Source: Candidatus Woesearchaeota archaeon
GTDB lineage: Archaea; Nanobdellota; Nanobdellia; Woesearchaeales; UBA10216
Direction: 5' to 3'
DNA: 64,000 nt
Assembly: GCA_016192905.1 (NCBI GenBank)
Contig: JACPTG010000004.1
Location: forward strand, 173,734-237,733
Shown piece after piece: positions 9,613-18,001 of this stretch. A model generated the notes under the pieces. It was not told where the DNA came from. It worked only from the letters and a program-made list of their open reading frames with translations, and did not search any database. Made by a program: the position numbers and the translations under genes. Every line of letters begins with the position of its first letter. Position 1 is the stretch's first letter.

Positions 9613-11054
9613 AAAGATTCCCTCATTATTTCTATCGGAGCTTTTTTGCCGGTCCACAGCTCAAACTGGCCGGTTGCCTGGTGAAGGAGCATTGCGAGGC
9701 CGTCCACTGTCATGCAGCCGGATTCTTTTGCCTCTCTTAACAGCCTTGTTACAGGCGGCTTGTATATAACGTCCATGACGACACCCCTCAACTGCGCTTT
9801 CGGGACAGGGGTTTCGCCATCATTTGGGCTCATTCCAACAGTGGTGCAGTTTATCAGGATGTCGTATTCCATCTTATCCAGGTCGCTTATCGGGCCATAG
9901 CCACACCCAAGCTTTTCCGCAACCTGCCTGGCCCTCTCCACAGTCCTGTTCAGGATGAAAAGCCTGCAGCCTTCCCTTGACAGCTCGAACGCAACTGATT
10001 TTGCAGCCCCTCCAGCGCCGATGATTACTACGACTTTGCCCTTAATGGCGGTCTTTTCCAAAAGCGCCTTCTTCGCGCCCATGCCGTCAGTGTTGTGCCC
10101 AATAAAGATGCCGTCCCTGACTGAAATCGTATTCACAGCGCCAATCTTCCCGGCGTTTTCATCCATGCTGTCAAGATGCCTAATTACCTGCTCCTTGTAG
10201 GGCGTTGTTACAGAAAACCCGGCAGGGTTCAGCTTCCTGATTTCACCAAGGAAAGCAGCCAGATTGTCAACCTCGAATTTCATGTGCACGAAGTTAAGGC
10301 CCAATTTCTCATACACAGGGTTGAACATGAAGAAGCTCCTGCTGTACCTCGCAGGCCTTCCGATAGTGCCAAGAATCCCTGTTTTCCGGTTCAGCCTATC
10401 AGCCCTGTAAACATCCTTCATAAGCGAAAACTGAATCTGCCCTGTAGCAGACTCCATTCCTGAATCAAGGGCGGCATAGGTGAGAAAAGAGCCAAACACC
10501 CTGTAAAGAATCCTGCTAAGCTCGCCCTTCTCCCCCATGCAAACAGCTATGAAAGGCGTTTTCAAATCCTTCACAGACTCAAACATGCGGATATTGTCAA
10601 CTATGTCATTTGCAAAAGTGGCGACCTTGGCAATATCGCAGCCAACGCCTTCCAATTCGGCAAAAATCCTTCTTATTTCCCCTATGTCAGCCGGAGTCTC
10701 TTTTAGGTTATGGAAGGAAACAATCAGCCTGCAGCTTCCCCTGCCGTCCGCCAGCATCTTAATCGAATCCGAGCCGCTGCTAAGCTCCACATCAACATAA
10801 TCTGCGCCAAGGCTTATGGCGTCCTTAAGCAGCGCTATCCTTTCGTCCTCGCTTCCCCTGTAAAAACCGCCCTCCTCCTTTTTCCTGCAAGTCACTATAA
10901 CCTGCTTTTTCCTGGCGCTGAGCAGCCTGCCAAGCCTTGGGCTTTCCATGCAGTCAATCCTGAGCTCAATTATGTCTGCACCCCTTGCCGCCGCTGTTTC
11001 CATACAGTCCAGGGCTTCCTGCTCAGTTTTCGCTGTTATGGGGATGCATATCAT
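9597..11054 (-). CDS. bifunctional 3-dehydroquinate dehydratase (type I) / shikimate dehydrogenase fusion
   Basis: 485 aa. The N-terminal half is type-I DHQase: ICIPITAKT…GADIIELRIDCM. The C-terminal half is SDH: …HNTDGMGAKKAL…VVIIGAGGAAKSVA…. Confidence 0.85.
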   Translation of the reverse strand: MICIPITAKTEQEALDCMETAAARGADIIELRIDCMESPRLGRLLSARKKQVIVTCRKKEEGGFYRGSEDERIALLKDAISLGADYVDVELSSGSDSIKMLADGRGSCRLIVSFHNLKETPADIGEIRRIFAELEGVGCDIAKVATFANDIVDNIRMFESVKDLKTPFIAVCMGEKGELSRILYRVFGSFLTYAALDSGMESATGQIQFSLMKDVYRADRLNRKTGILGTIGRPARYSRSFFMFNPVYEKLGLNFVHMKFEVDNLAAFLGEIRKLNPAGFSVTTPYKEQVIRHLDSMDENAGKIGAVNTISVRDGIFIGHNTDGMGAKKALLEKTAIKGKVVVIIGAGGAAKSVAFELSREGCRLFILNRTVERARQVAEKLGCGYGPISDLDKMEYDILINCTTVGMSPNDGETPVPKAQLRGVVMDVIYKPPVTRLLREAKESGCMTVDGLAMLLHQATGQFELWTGKKAPIEIMRESLWKSL

Positions 11055-11344
11055 CGCTGTTGTCTCCTGAGCTGCCTTTTTCTTGACTGCGCTATTATCT
11101 CCCTGAAAATGCTTTCTGTTGCCACTTCATCTATCCCCTCCAGCCTGGCAATGGCCTTAACCCTTCCAATCACTTCCTGCTCCCTTTCCAGGTCAAGCAC
11201 AGGCATGCCTGCCTTTGCCTTGTGCTCAGCTATCCTGTCCGCTATCTTGAGCCTTTTCCTTATCAGGCGTGCGAGTTCCCTGTCTGTCTCATCAATCTCC
11301 TTCCTCAAACTGTTAAGGTCATCATCAACCATTCTGCATCTCAC
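11051..11344 (-). CDS. chorismate mutase (AroQ class)
   Basis: 97 aa. LRKEIDETDRELARLIRKRLKIADRIAEHK is typical of AroQ. An internal Met at residue 5 is a possible alternative start. Confidence 0.78.
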   Translation of the reverse strand: MRCRMVDDDLNSLRKEIDETDRELARLIRKRLKIADRIAEHKAKAGMPVLDLEREQEVIGRVKAIARLEGIDEVATESIFREIIAQSRKRQLRRQQR

Positions 11345-12420
11345 CTGCTGCCGTCTATGCTTTTCCTTACTAATTCCTCGTCAACATTCCTTAGCCTGTC
11401 AACCTTTCCTATTCCACCGAGGAGAGCGTATTCTGCCTGCCTGTTTTTTGCCTTTTTGTCCAGCATGGTTTTTGCAATTATGTCGGCTGTTTTTATATCC
11501 CCAGGCACCTTAACAGGCAGCCCTGCGCGTTCCAGCAGGCTATTCTGCCTTTCTATGTCCTGCTTTTTCATCGCCTTTTCAGCCAAGCACGCTTCCACAG
11601 CCATACCTATGGATATTGCCTCGCCGTGGCTAAGCGTATAGCTGCTCAGCTGCTCCACAGCATGCCCTATCGTATGGCCATAGTTCAGGGCTTTCCTAAG
11701 CATGCTTTCCCTCTCATCCTTCATGACAATTGCAGACTTTACAGCCGCACACCTTGATATTGCCTCCATAAGCGCGTTCTTGTCCTTTGCCAGCACTTTT
11801 TCAATGTCCCTTTCAAGGTATTCAAACAGCTTTTTGTCAGCAATCATCGCGTGCTTTATGCACTCAGCCAATCCGCTGCCCATTTCCCTGGCAGGAAGAG
11901 TTTCAAGGAAGTCCAAATCTGAAAATACGGCTTTGGGCTGCCAGAAAGCGCCAATCAAATTCTTGCCATGGCGCGTATCAACGCCGGTCTTTCCTCCAAT
12001 GCTGCTGTCAACCATTGACAACAGAGTTGTAGGGACATGAATGTAAGGAACCCCCCTGCAGTAAGTTGCGGCCACAAATCCTGCAAGGTCCCCAACCACT
12101 CCGCCGCCCAAGGCTATTATGAGCGTATCCCTCCCAAACCCATTCATGATAAGCTCATCCTCAATAAGGGCTTTTGTATCGCGGCTCTTTCCTGCCTCTC
12201 CAGGCTTGATGCTCACAAGCTCTGCTGCAACATGCGCCTTTTCAAGGGCGTCCAAAACCTTCCTGCTGAAAAGCCCCTCAGTGTTGCTGTCTGTTATAAC
12301 GCACGACCTCAAGCCCATGGCCTTTGCAAATTTTGCCATTTCCTGAAGGAGCCCTGAGCCTATGTGAATGTCGTATGACTCATCCACAGCTTTTTTCAGG
12401 CTTAACCTTATTGCCGCCAT
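11341..12420 (-). CDS. aroB: 3-dehydroquinate synthase
   Basis: GGGVVGDLAGFVAATYCRGVPYIHVPTTLLSMVDSSIGGKTGV. Start at MAAIRLSL, just after the DAHP synthase stop. Confidence 0.9.
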   Translation of the reverse strand: MAAIRLSLKKAVDESYDIHIGSGLLQEMAKFAKAMGLRSCVITDSNTEGLFSRKVLDALEKAHVAAELVSIKPGEAGKSRDTKALIEDELIMNGFGRDTLIIALGGGVVGDLAGFVAATYCRGVPYIHVPTTLLSMVDSSIGGKTGVDTRHGKNLIGAFWQPKAVFSDLDFLETLPAREMGSGLAECIKHAMIADKKLFEYLERDIEKVLAKDKNALMEAISRCAAVKSAIVMKDERESMLRKALNYGHTIGHAVEQLSSYTLSHGEAISIGMAVEACLAEKAMKKQDIERQNSLLERAGLPVKVPGDIKTADIIAKTMLDKKAKNRQAEYALLGGIGKVDRLRNVDEELVRKSIDGSR

Positions 12421-12421
12421 T

Positions 12422-13435
12422 TTACAGCTTCCTGCCAACTGCCCTGGATATTTCCCTAAGCTGCTGCATCAGCTCTGCGAACTGTGCAGGCAGCAACGCC
12501 TGCGGGCCGTCACAAAGCGCCTTTTCAGGCTCGTGGTGCACCTCAATGAGCAGGCCATCAGAGCCTGCGGCCACAGCAGCCTTTGCCAAGGCCCCAACAT
12601 AATTCCGGTTCCCTGCTGCGTGGCTGGGGTCCACTATCACAGGAAGATGCGTTTCCTCCCTGAGCACAGGCACGGCTCCAATGTCCAAAGTGCTCCTTGT
12701 TGCAGTCTCAAAAGTCCTAATACCCCTCTCGCAAAGCACAATGTTGTGGTTTCCCTCCTTCATCATGTACTCTGCAGCGAGCATCAACTCCTTTATGGTG
12801 GCGCTCATCCCCCTCTTAAGAATCACCGGCTTGTCTGTCTTCCCGATTTCCTTAAGCAGGTCGAAATTCTGCATGTTCCGGGCACCCACCCTCAGCATGT
12901 CCACATATCCGGCAACCATCTCCACGTCCCTTGTGTCCATGACCTCTGTCTCAACGAGCAGCCCTGTAGCCTGCCTTACCTTCCTCATCATCCTGAGACC
13001 CTCTTCCCCAAGGCCCTGGAAATCGTAAGGGCTTGTCCTGGGCTTGAACGCAGAGCCCCTTAATATCTTTGCGCCAGCTGCCTTCACTTCCTTTGCAACG
13101 GCCATGAGCTGCTCCTCGCTTTCTATAGCACAGGGACCTGCAATAACCACGATTTCCTCTCCCCCGATTTCCACCCCGCCGACATTCACAACAGTCCCCT
13201 CAGGCCTGAACTTCCTGCTTGCCATCTTGTAGGGCTTCATTATGGGAGTCACGGCGAGCACGCCACGCATGCTCCTGAACCCGTTCACACCAATTCCCCT
13301 GGTATCACCTATCACGCCTACGGCAAGCGTTTCAGCGCCCCTGTGTATGTGCGCCTGAAACCCATGCGCCCTAATCCTATCAACGACCCTGTCAACATCA
13401 GACTCGCTTGCGTTCTGGTCCATCATAATAATCAT
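12422..13435 (-). CDS. DAHP synthase, class I-beta (KDO8PS-like) with N-terminal regulatory domain
   Basis: 337 aa. The N-terminal ~70 aa form a ferredoxin-like/ACT-like domain, followed by …IAGPCAIESEEQ…KPRTSPYDFQGLG…DPSHAAGNR…. Confidence 0.86.
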   Translation of the reverse strand: MIIMMDQNASESDVDRVVDRIRAHGFQAHIHRGAETLAVGVIGDTRGIGVNGFRSMRGVLAVTPIMKPYKMASRKFRPEGTVVNVGGVEIGGEEIVVIAGPCAIESEEQLMAVAKEVKAAGAKILRGSAFKPRTSPYDFQGLGEEGLRMMRKVRQATGLLVETEVMDTRDVEMVAGYVDMLRVGARNMQNFDLLKEIGKTDKPVILKRGMSATIKELMLAAEYMMKEGNHNIVLCERGIRTFETATRSTLDIGAVPVLREETHLPVIVDPSHAAGNRNYVGALAKAAVAAGSDGLLIEVHHEPEKALCDGPQALLPAQFAELMQQLREISRAVGRKL

Positions 13436-13686
13436 CTTGCATCACTCTCCATGATTCATCGGATATGGTTAAACCACTGACTGGAAAAAACTGTGCGCCC
13501 GCCTTATCTTGCCAGGTTTTCAGCAGGCGAAATCAATACCAGAAATAAAAGCTAAAAGAATCAGATGCACTTCCGCTGACTACAGACCTTTTCATTATAC
13601 AGCATGGGAGCAGACGCATGTATTTAAAACTTTCTCCAAGCGAAAGTATTATAAAGTAATACTAAATCATACTTTTCAGTGGTCTT

Positions 13687-14817
13687 ATGAAAATAGGCCT
13701 CCCAAAGGAAATAAAGACAGGCGAGAATAGGGTAGGCTTAGCTCCTGAAGGCGCGGCTGAGCTGACCAGGAATGGCCATACTGTGATAATTGAGTCTTCT
13801 GCAGGAGCAGCGTCAGGGTTTCCGGATTTAGAGTATGCCCAGGCTGGCGCAAAAATAGCTGAAAATGCCTCGCAGGTCTGGGAAGGCTCGGAAATGGTAA
13901 TCAAGGTAAAGGAGCCGCTTGAGTCCGAGTTCAAATACCTGAGAGAGGGGCTAATACTGTTTACCTACCTTCACTTGGCAGCAGAGGAAAAAGTCGCAAA
14001 GACGCTTCTTGACAAGAAAGCAATTGGCATAGCGTATGAGACAGTAGAGCTGGATGACGGCAGCAAGCCAATGCTCAGGCCAATGAGCGAAGTGGCCGGA
14101 AGGATGGCTGTGCAGATAGGCATGCACTATCTTGAGAGGACAAACGGCGGCTCAGGCAAGCTGCTTTCAGGCGTAACAGGAGTAAATCCCGGAGTTGTAA
14201 CGGTAATAGGCTCAGGGGTTGCAGGAATGAATGCTGCAAGAATAGCACATGGAATCGGGGCGCAGGTCATCGTGGTAGGCATAATAGAAGAACAGCTTAA
14301 AAGGGCGGCATCACTGCTGCCTGGGATAAAGACCCTGCACTCCACAGCAGAAAACATAGCTGCGGCGGTTGCTTCAAGCGACCTCGTAATCGGCTCAGTG
14401 GCTGTAACCGGAGCATCTGCACCCAAACTGGTAACCAGGCAAATGGTCAGCAGAATGCGGCCAGGCTCGGTGATAGTGGACATAAGCATAGACCAGGGAG
14501 GCTGCTTTGAGACGTCGAGGCCAACCACCCATGCAGCTCCTGTCTATAAAGAGGAGGGAGTCACCCATTACTGCGTGACGAACATGCCAGGGGCTGTCCC
14601 GAACACATCAACAACAGCCCTGACAAAGGCAACGCTGCCATACGCGCTGAAAATAGCAAACGAAGGCCTGGCCGCGCTGCAGGACGAATACATTGCAAAG
14701 GGCGTCAACACGTTCCTTGGGAAGCTAACAAACAAGCAGGTCGCAGAGGCGCTGAAAATGGAGTACGAGCCGCTTCAAACAGCCATACCGCTTGCCAGAT
14801 ACAGAGAATTGTGCTGA
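13687..14817 (+). CDS. ald: alanine dehydrogenase
   Basis: 376 aa. MKIGLPKEIKTGENRVGL…VIGSGVAGMNAARIAHGIGA… is the canonical Ald family pattern. Confidence 0.9.
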   Translation: MKIGLPKEIKTGENRVGLAPEGAAELTRNGHTVIIESSAGAASGFPDLEYAQAGAKIAENASQVWEGSEMVIKVKEPLESEFKYLREGLILFTYLHLAAEEKVAKTLLDKKAIGIAYETVELDDGSKPMLRPMSEVAGRMAVQIGMHYLERTNGGSGKLLSGVTGVNPGVVTVIGSGVAGMNAARIAHGIGAQVIVVGIIEEQLKRAASLLPGIKTLHSTAENIAAAVASSDLVIGSVAVTGASAPKLVTRQMVSRMRPGSVIVDISIDQGGCFETSRPTTHAAPVYKEEGVTHYCVTNMPGAVPNTSTTALTKATLPYALKIANEGLAALQDEYIAKGVNTFLGKLTNKQVAEALKMEYEPLQTAIPLARYRELC

Positions 14818-14823
14818 TGCAAT

Positions 14824-15270
14824 TTACGATAGCAGCCTTTCCACTGCGATGAGTGCAATCCCCCTTTTCCTTGGGAAAGCCGCAATGCCAATCTTAACGT
14901 GAAAGCAATTGCCGCTGTCAGTAACAAAAAACTCCCCTGCAAGCAGCTTATCCTTGTCCAGCCGCACAAAAAAGTCAAGGCCTGAATCAAGCCTGGATTC
15001 CTTTTGATGAATCAAAAGCTGCCTCTGGCGCTCGCCAAGCCTTTCCCTGAGAAAATCAAGGAACGCCCTGATGTGCCTGTCCTTCACAAGCACAATCTCC
15101 AGAATGCCAATCCTGCGCTCATTAAAGCCAACAGCAGCCTGCTGCCTTACCAGAACCTTTTCCTTTTCAAGGTCCAATGGGACAAGAGACCTGAAAGCGG
15201 CATGGACAGCGTCATAATCCTCACCGTCCTTCACAAAGACGCGTATCGTAACTGAGTTCGCAAACTTCAT
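14824..15270 (-). CDS. conserved hypothetical protein (possibly a small archaeal RNA-binding protein family)
   Basis: 148 aa. No diagnostic motif recognised. Convergent with ald. Confidence 0.35.
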   Translation of the reverse strand: MKFANSVTIRVFVKDGEDYDAVHAAFRSLVPLDLEKEKVLVRQQAAVGFNERRIGILEIVLVKDRHIRAFLDFLRERLGERQRQLLIHQKESRLDSGLDFFVRLDKDKLLAGEFFVTDSGNCFHVKIGIAAFPRKRGIALIAVERLLS

Positions 15271-15314
15271 CCTATCTCCAAACCTTTAAATAGCTTTAAA
15301 ATTATTTCCAAAAA

Positions 15315-16226
15315 ATGAAGCACAGCATAAGGACAACAGCACTGCTGCTGACGCTATTCCTGCTCACACAGCTGGTCGGGCTTGTCGTTGTGGACAACTA
15401 CATAGACAAGGAAGCAACTGAGAAAACAGGGGCTGTAACCTACAAAGACCTGCCATACCACATAGAGAGGCCGAATGTCTCGCCGCAGGAATCAATCTGG
15501 CTAATACTGGCCGGAGTGGGCATAGGCACCGCAATCCTGCTGGTTCTAATCAAATTCAGGAAGGTAGGCCTCTGGAAGGTCTGGTTTTTCCTCAGCGTTG
15601 CAATAACCCTAAGCATGGCCCTGGCATCATTCATACCAGCGGCCGCTGCCCTGGCTGCAAGCATCGGCCTGGCCGCCTGGAAAACATTCAGGCCAAACAT
15701 CTACGTGCACAACATTACAGAGGTGTTCATATACGGCGGGCTGGCCGCGATATTCGTACCAATGCTCAACATACTATACGCGACAATACTATTGCTTGCA
15801 ATTTCTGCATACGATGCGATAGCAGTCTGGCAAAGCAGGCACATGGTAACCATGGCGCAATTCCAAACCTCAACAGGAATATTCTCAGGCCTTTACCTTC
15901 CCAAGGAGGCCCACCATGGAAGGCGGAGGGAGAAGGCTGAATTTCAGCCAGGGAAGGCCGCAGGGCAGCCAGCCAAGCCCCAAGAGAAGGAAACAAGCGC
16001 AGTGCTTGGAGGAGGCGACATGGGCTTCCCCCTGATATTTGCAGGCGTTGCGCTGAAAACACTACCCTTTGCCCAGGTCCTCATAATACCTGCGGCTGCA
16101 GGCCTGGCAATTCTTGGCCTTATGGTGTTTGGCAAGCAGAATAAATTTTACCCTGCAATGCCCTTCATAACAGCCGCGTGCCTGCTTGGATACGGGCTAA
16201 GCGTTTTTTTGGCTCTTTATGCCTAA
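15315..16226 (+). CDS. presenilin/signal-peptide-peptidase-like intramembrane aspartyl protease (GxGD type)
   Basis: 303 aa and about 9 TM. YD motif in a TM (AISAYDAIAVW). Long hydrophilic loop. GGGDMGFPLIF and PAM(PF) lie in later TMs, giving the presenilin-homolog topology. Confidence 0.5.
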   Translation: MKHSIRTTALLLTLFLLTQLVGLVVVDNYIDKEATEKTGAVTYKDLPYHIERPNVSPQESIWLILAGVGIGTAILLVLIKFRKVGLWKVWFFLSVAITLSMALASFIPAAAALAASIGLAAWKTFRPNIYVHNITEVFIYGGLAAIFVPMLNILYATILLLAISAYDAIAVWQSRHMVTMAQFQTSTGIFSGLYLPKEAHHGRRREKAEFQPGKAAGQPAKPQEKETSAVLGGGDMGFPLIFAGVALKTLPFAQVLIIPAAAGLAILGLMVFGKQNKFYPAMPFITAACLLGYGLSVFLALYA

Positions 16227-16323
16227 AAGGCAGCATACGCCCCGAATCCGCCCGGGGCTATCACTCTTGTCCTGCCGATAGCCATCATTAAGAGCGGTTT
16301 GTGGCTTTTTTCCTGGCGAGCAG

Positions 16324-16859
16324 CTATATTTTTATTTCAGCAACTTTGTGCCACCATGAAACGTGCTTTTCTAACCAGTAATCCAGGCTATATTTGCTTG
16401 TGCCTGAATTTGCATTCAGCACTATGAAAGCCAAAAAAACCATCGCGTAAATTATTCCGGTCCCTATGTCTGTTGCTCCAGCCGTATATGGGCCACCAAA
16501 ACCTTCTGCTGTGGACCATATCAGCAGGCTAAACCCGAGGGCTAGAGTATAACTTACTTTGCGGGCAAATCCGAAAATGAGGGTGATAGCGATGGCTGTT
16601 TCCAGCACTGCAGTTACGAATGAAAAAAAGTGACATGGGGGGAAACAGTTGCTATCCAAAAATTAAACCAGGGAGCCAGCCATCCGGGCTGGCCATTTGC
16701 AGCTTCAACAAGAATATCAAGATATTCCGCTCTAAAGGCTGGCTGCCATTTCAGAGCGGCATCAATGAGCCAAAAAAGCCCAAATAACACCCTCATCCCA
16801 CTCTTGATCCGGTCCATTGAGGGAGAATAAGTTTTGGTTTTAGAGTCGCCTTTCATCAA
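16324..16859 (-). pseudogene. DoxX-like membrane protein interrupted by a frameshift at C7/T7 homopolymers (two ORFs: 16614..16859 and 16324..16659)
   Basis: The upstream frame ends …WIATVSPHVTFFHS*. The overlapping frame continues …SFVTAVLETAIAITLIFGF… across ccccccatgtcacttttttt. Confidence 0.5.
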
Positions 16860-16889
16860 TCCAGAAACTGGATAAAACCATATAAAAAA

Positions 16890-17594
16890 TTATCTTTTTT
16901 TTTCCAGAACCAGCCTTAATACCTCATCCTCATGGCCGGCGCCCACAACCGCGAGCACCCGCTTATCAGGATTGGCGGCCATAATCCTGGCAAGGGCCTC
17001 TGCCATATGCACATTCCGCTCCTCGACAAGAACCCTGTAAATGCCAGGGTACTTTGACCTAAGCTCTCCCATAAGGAGGGATATCAGCTCGCGGTCAGGA
17101 ACCTTTGAAAGGTCCACCTTAACCCTTTTTGAAAAGGGCGACAATAAGACATCGGCAAACAGCCGGAATTTTTCCCTGAAAGTGAAATACCTGGAAAACC
17201 TTCGCATGGTTATGGCAATGTCCCTGTCAATCAGGGCGACAGGAATATTCCTTTCCCTCGCAAGAAGCACAGCCTTCCTCATGTCAGAGCCAGGGACAAT
17301 GCCAACGTGCTCGCCAAGCCTTGCCTGAAGAAAGCTGCCAATCACCAGAAAAAGAAACCCACCCAACCCAATGCGCCTGATGTCAGAAAGGGAAGGAGCG
17401 GCCTTTACACCGCTCATAAGCGCATGGAGCCTTCCCCTGTCAAGCTCCACCGCAACAATCTCAGGCATAAACTCATCAAAAGAGCGTTCAATAACCTTTA
17501 TGCTGTCCGCTGATATATGCGAAGTGCCAACCACCCTGAAATTATCCATATGCGGAAGGAGAATCAGGCCAAGGTTAAAAACGCTTTTCAACAA
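16890..17594 (-). CDS. TraB/GumN family protein
   Basis: 234 aa. VVGTSHIS and a C-terminal HxxE are typical of the TraB family. Confidence 0.7.
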   Translation of the reverse strand: MLKSVFNLGLILLPHMDNFRVVGTSHISADSIKVIERSFDEFMPEIVAVELDRGRLHALMSGVKAAPSLSDIRRIGLGGFLFLVIGSFLQARLGEHVGIVPGSDMRKAVLLARERNIPVALIDRDIAITMRRFSRYFTFREKFRLFADVLLSPFSKRVKVDLSKVPDRELISLLMGELRSKYPGIYRVLVEERNVHMAEALARIMAANPDKRVLAVVGAGHEDEVLRLVLEKKR

Positions 17595-17725
17595 TGGCGC
17601 TTCTTGTTATATTACTTACCAGTGGTGATAACCCAAAGGCTCCTGTTTTGCCAGCCATCACAAACTTTAAATAAATAGGTGTAGACTAAAATCTGTTTTT
17701 ACTATGAAATAGTGGAGGGGTAAAC

Positions 17726-18001
17726 ATGCTCAAGACCAAGAAGCTTATTGAAACCTATGACATGAAGGTATTCACCGACTCAGGGGAGTACTTCGGAGAC
17801 GTTGAGGAGGCAATATTAACACCAACAAAGATAATCGGCTGGAGGGTCAAGGCTACAAGAACGAGCTTCCTGAACAAAATCCTCGGAGGAGGGGCAAAAG
17901 GGGTAATAGTGCCGCACCAGCACGTAAAGTCAGTGGGCGACGTCATGATAATAAGCAAAATGGCAGTGCCAACCTACAGCAAGGAAGCAGAGAGTGACTA
18001 G
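17726..18001 (+). CDS. PRC-barrel domain protein
   Basis: 91 aa. YDMKVFTDSGEYFGDVEEAIL…IIGWRV… SD GGAGGGGT and a TATA (aactttaaataaat) lie upstream. Confidence 0.72.
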   Translation: MLKTKKLIETYDMKVFTDSGEYFGDVEEAILTPTKIIGWRVKATRTSFLNKILGGGAKGVIVPHQHVKSVGDVMIISKMAVPTYSKEAESD

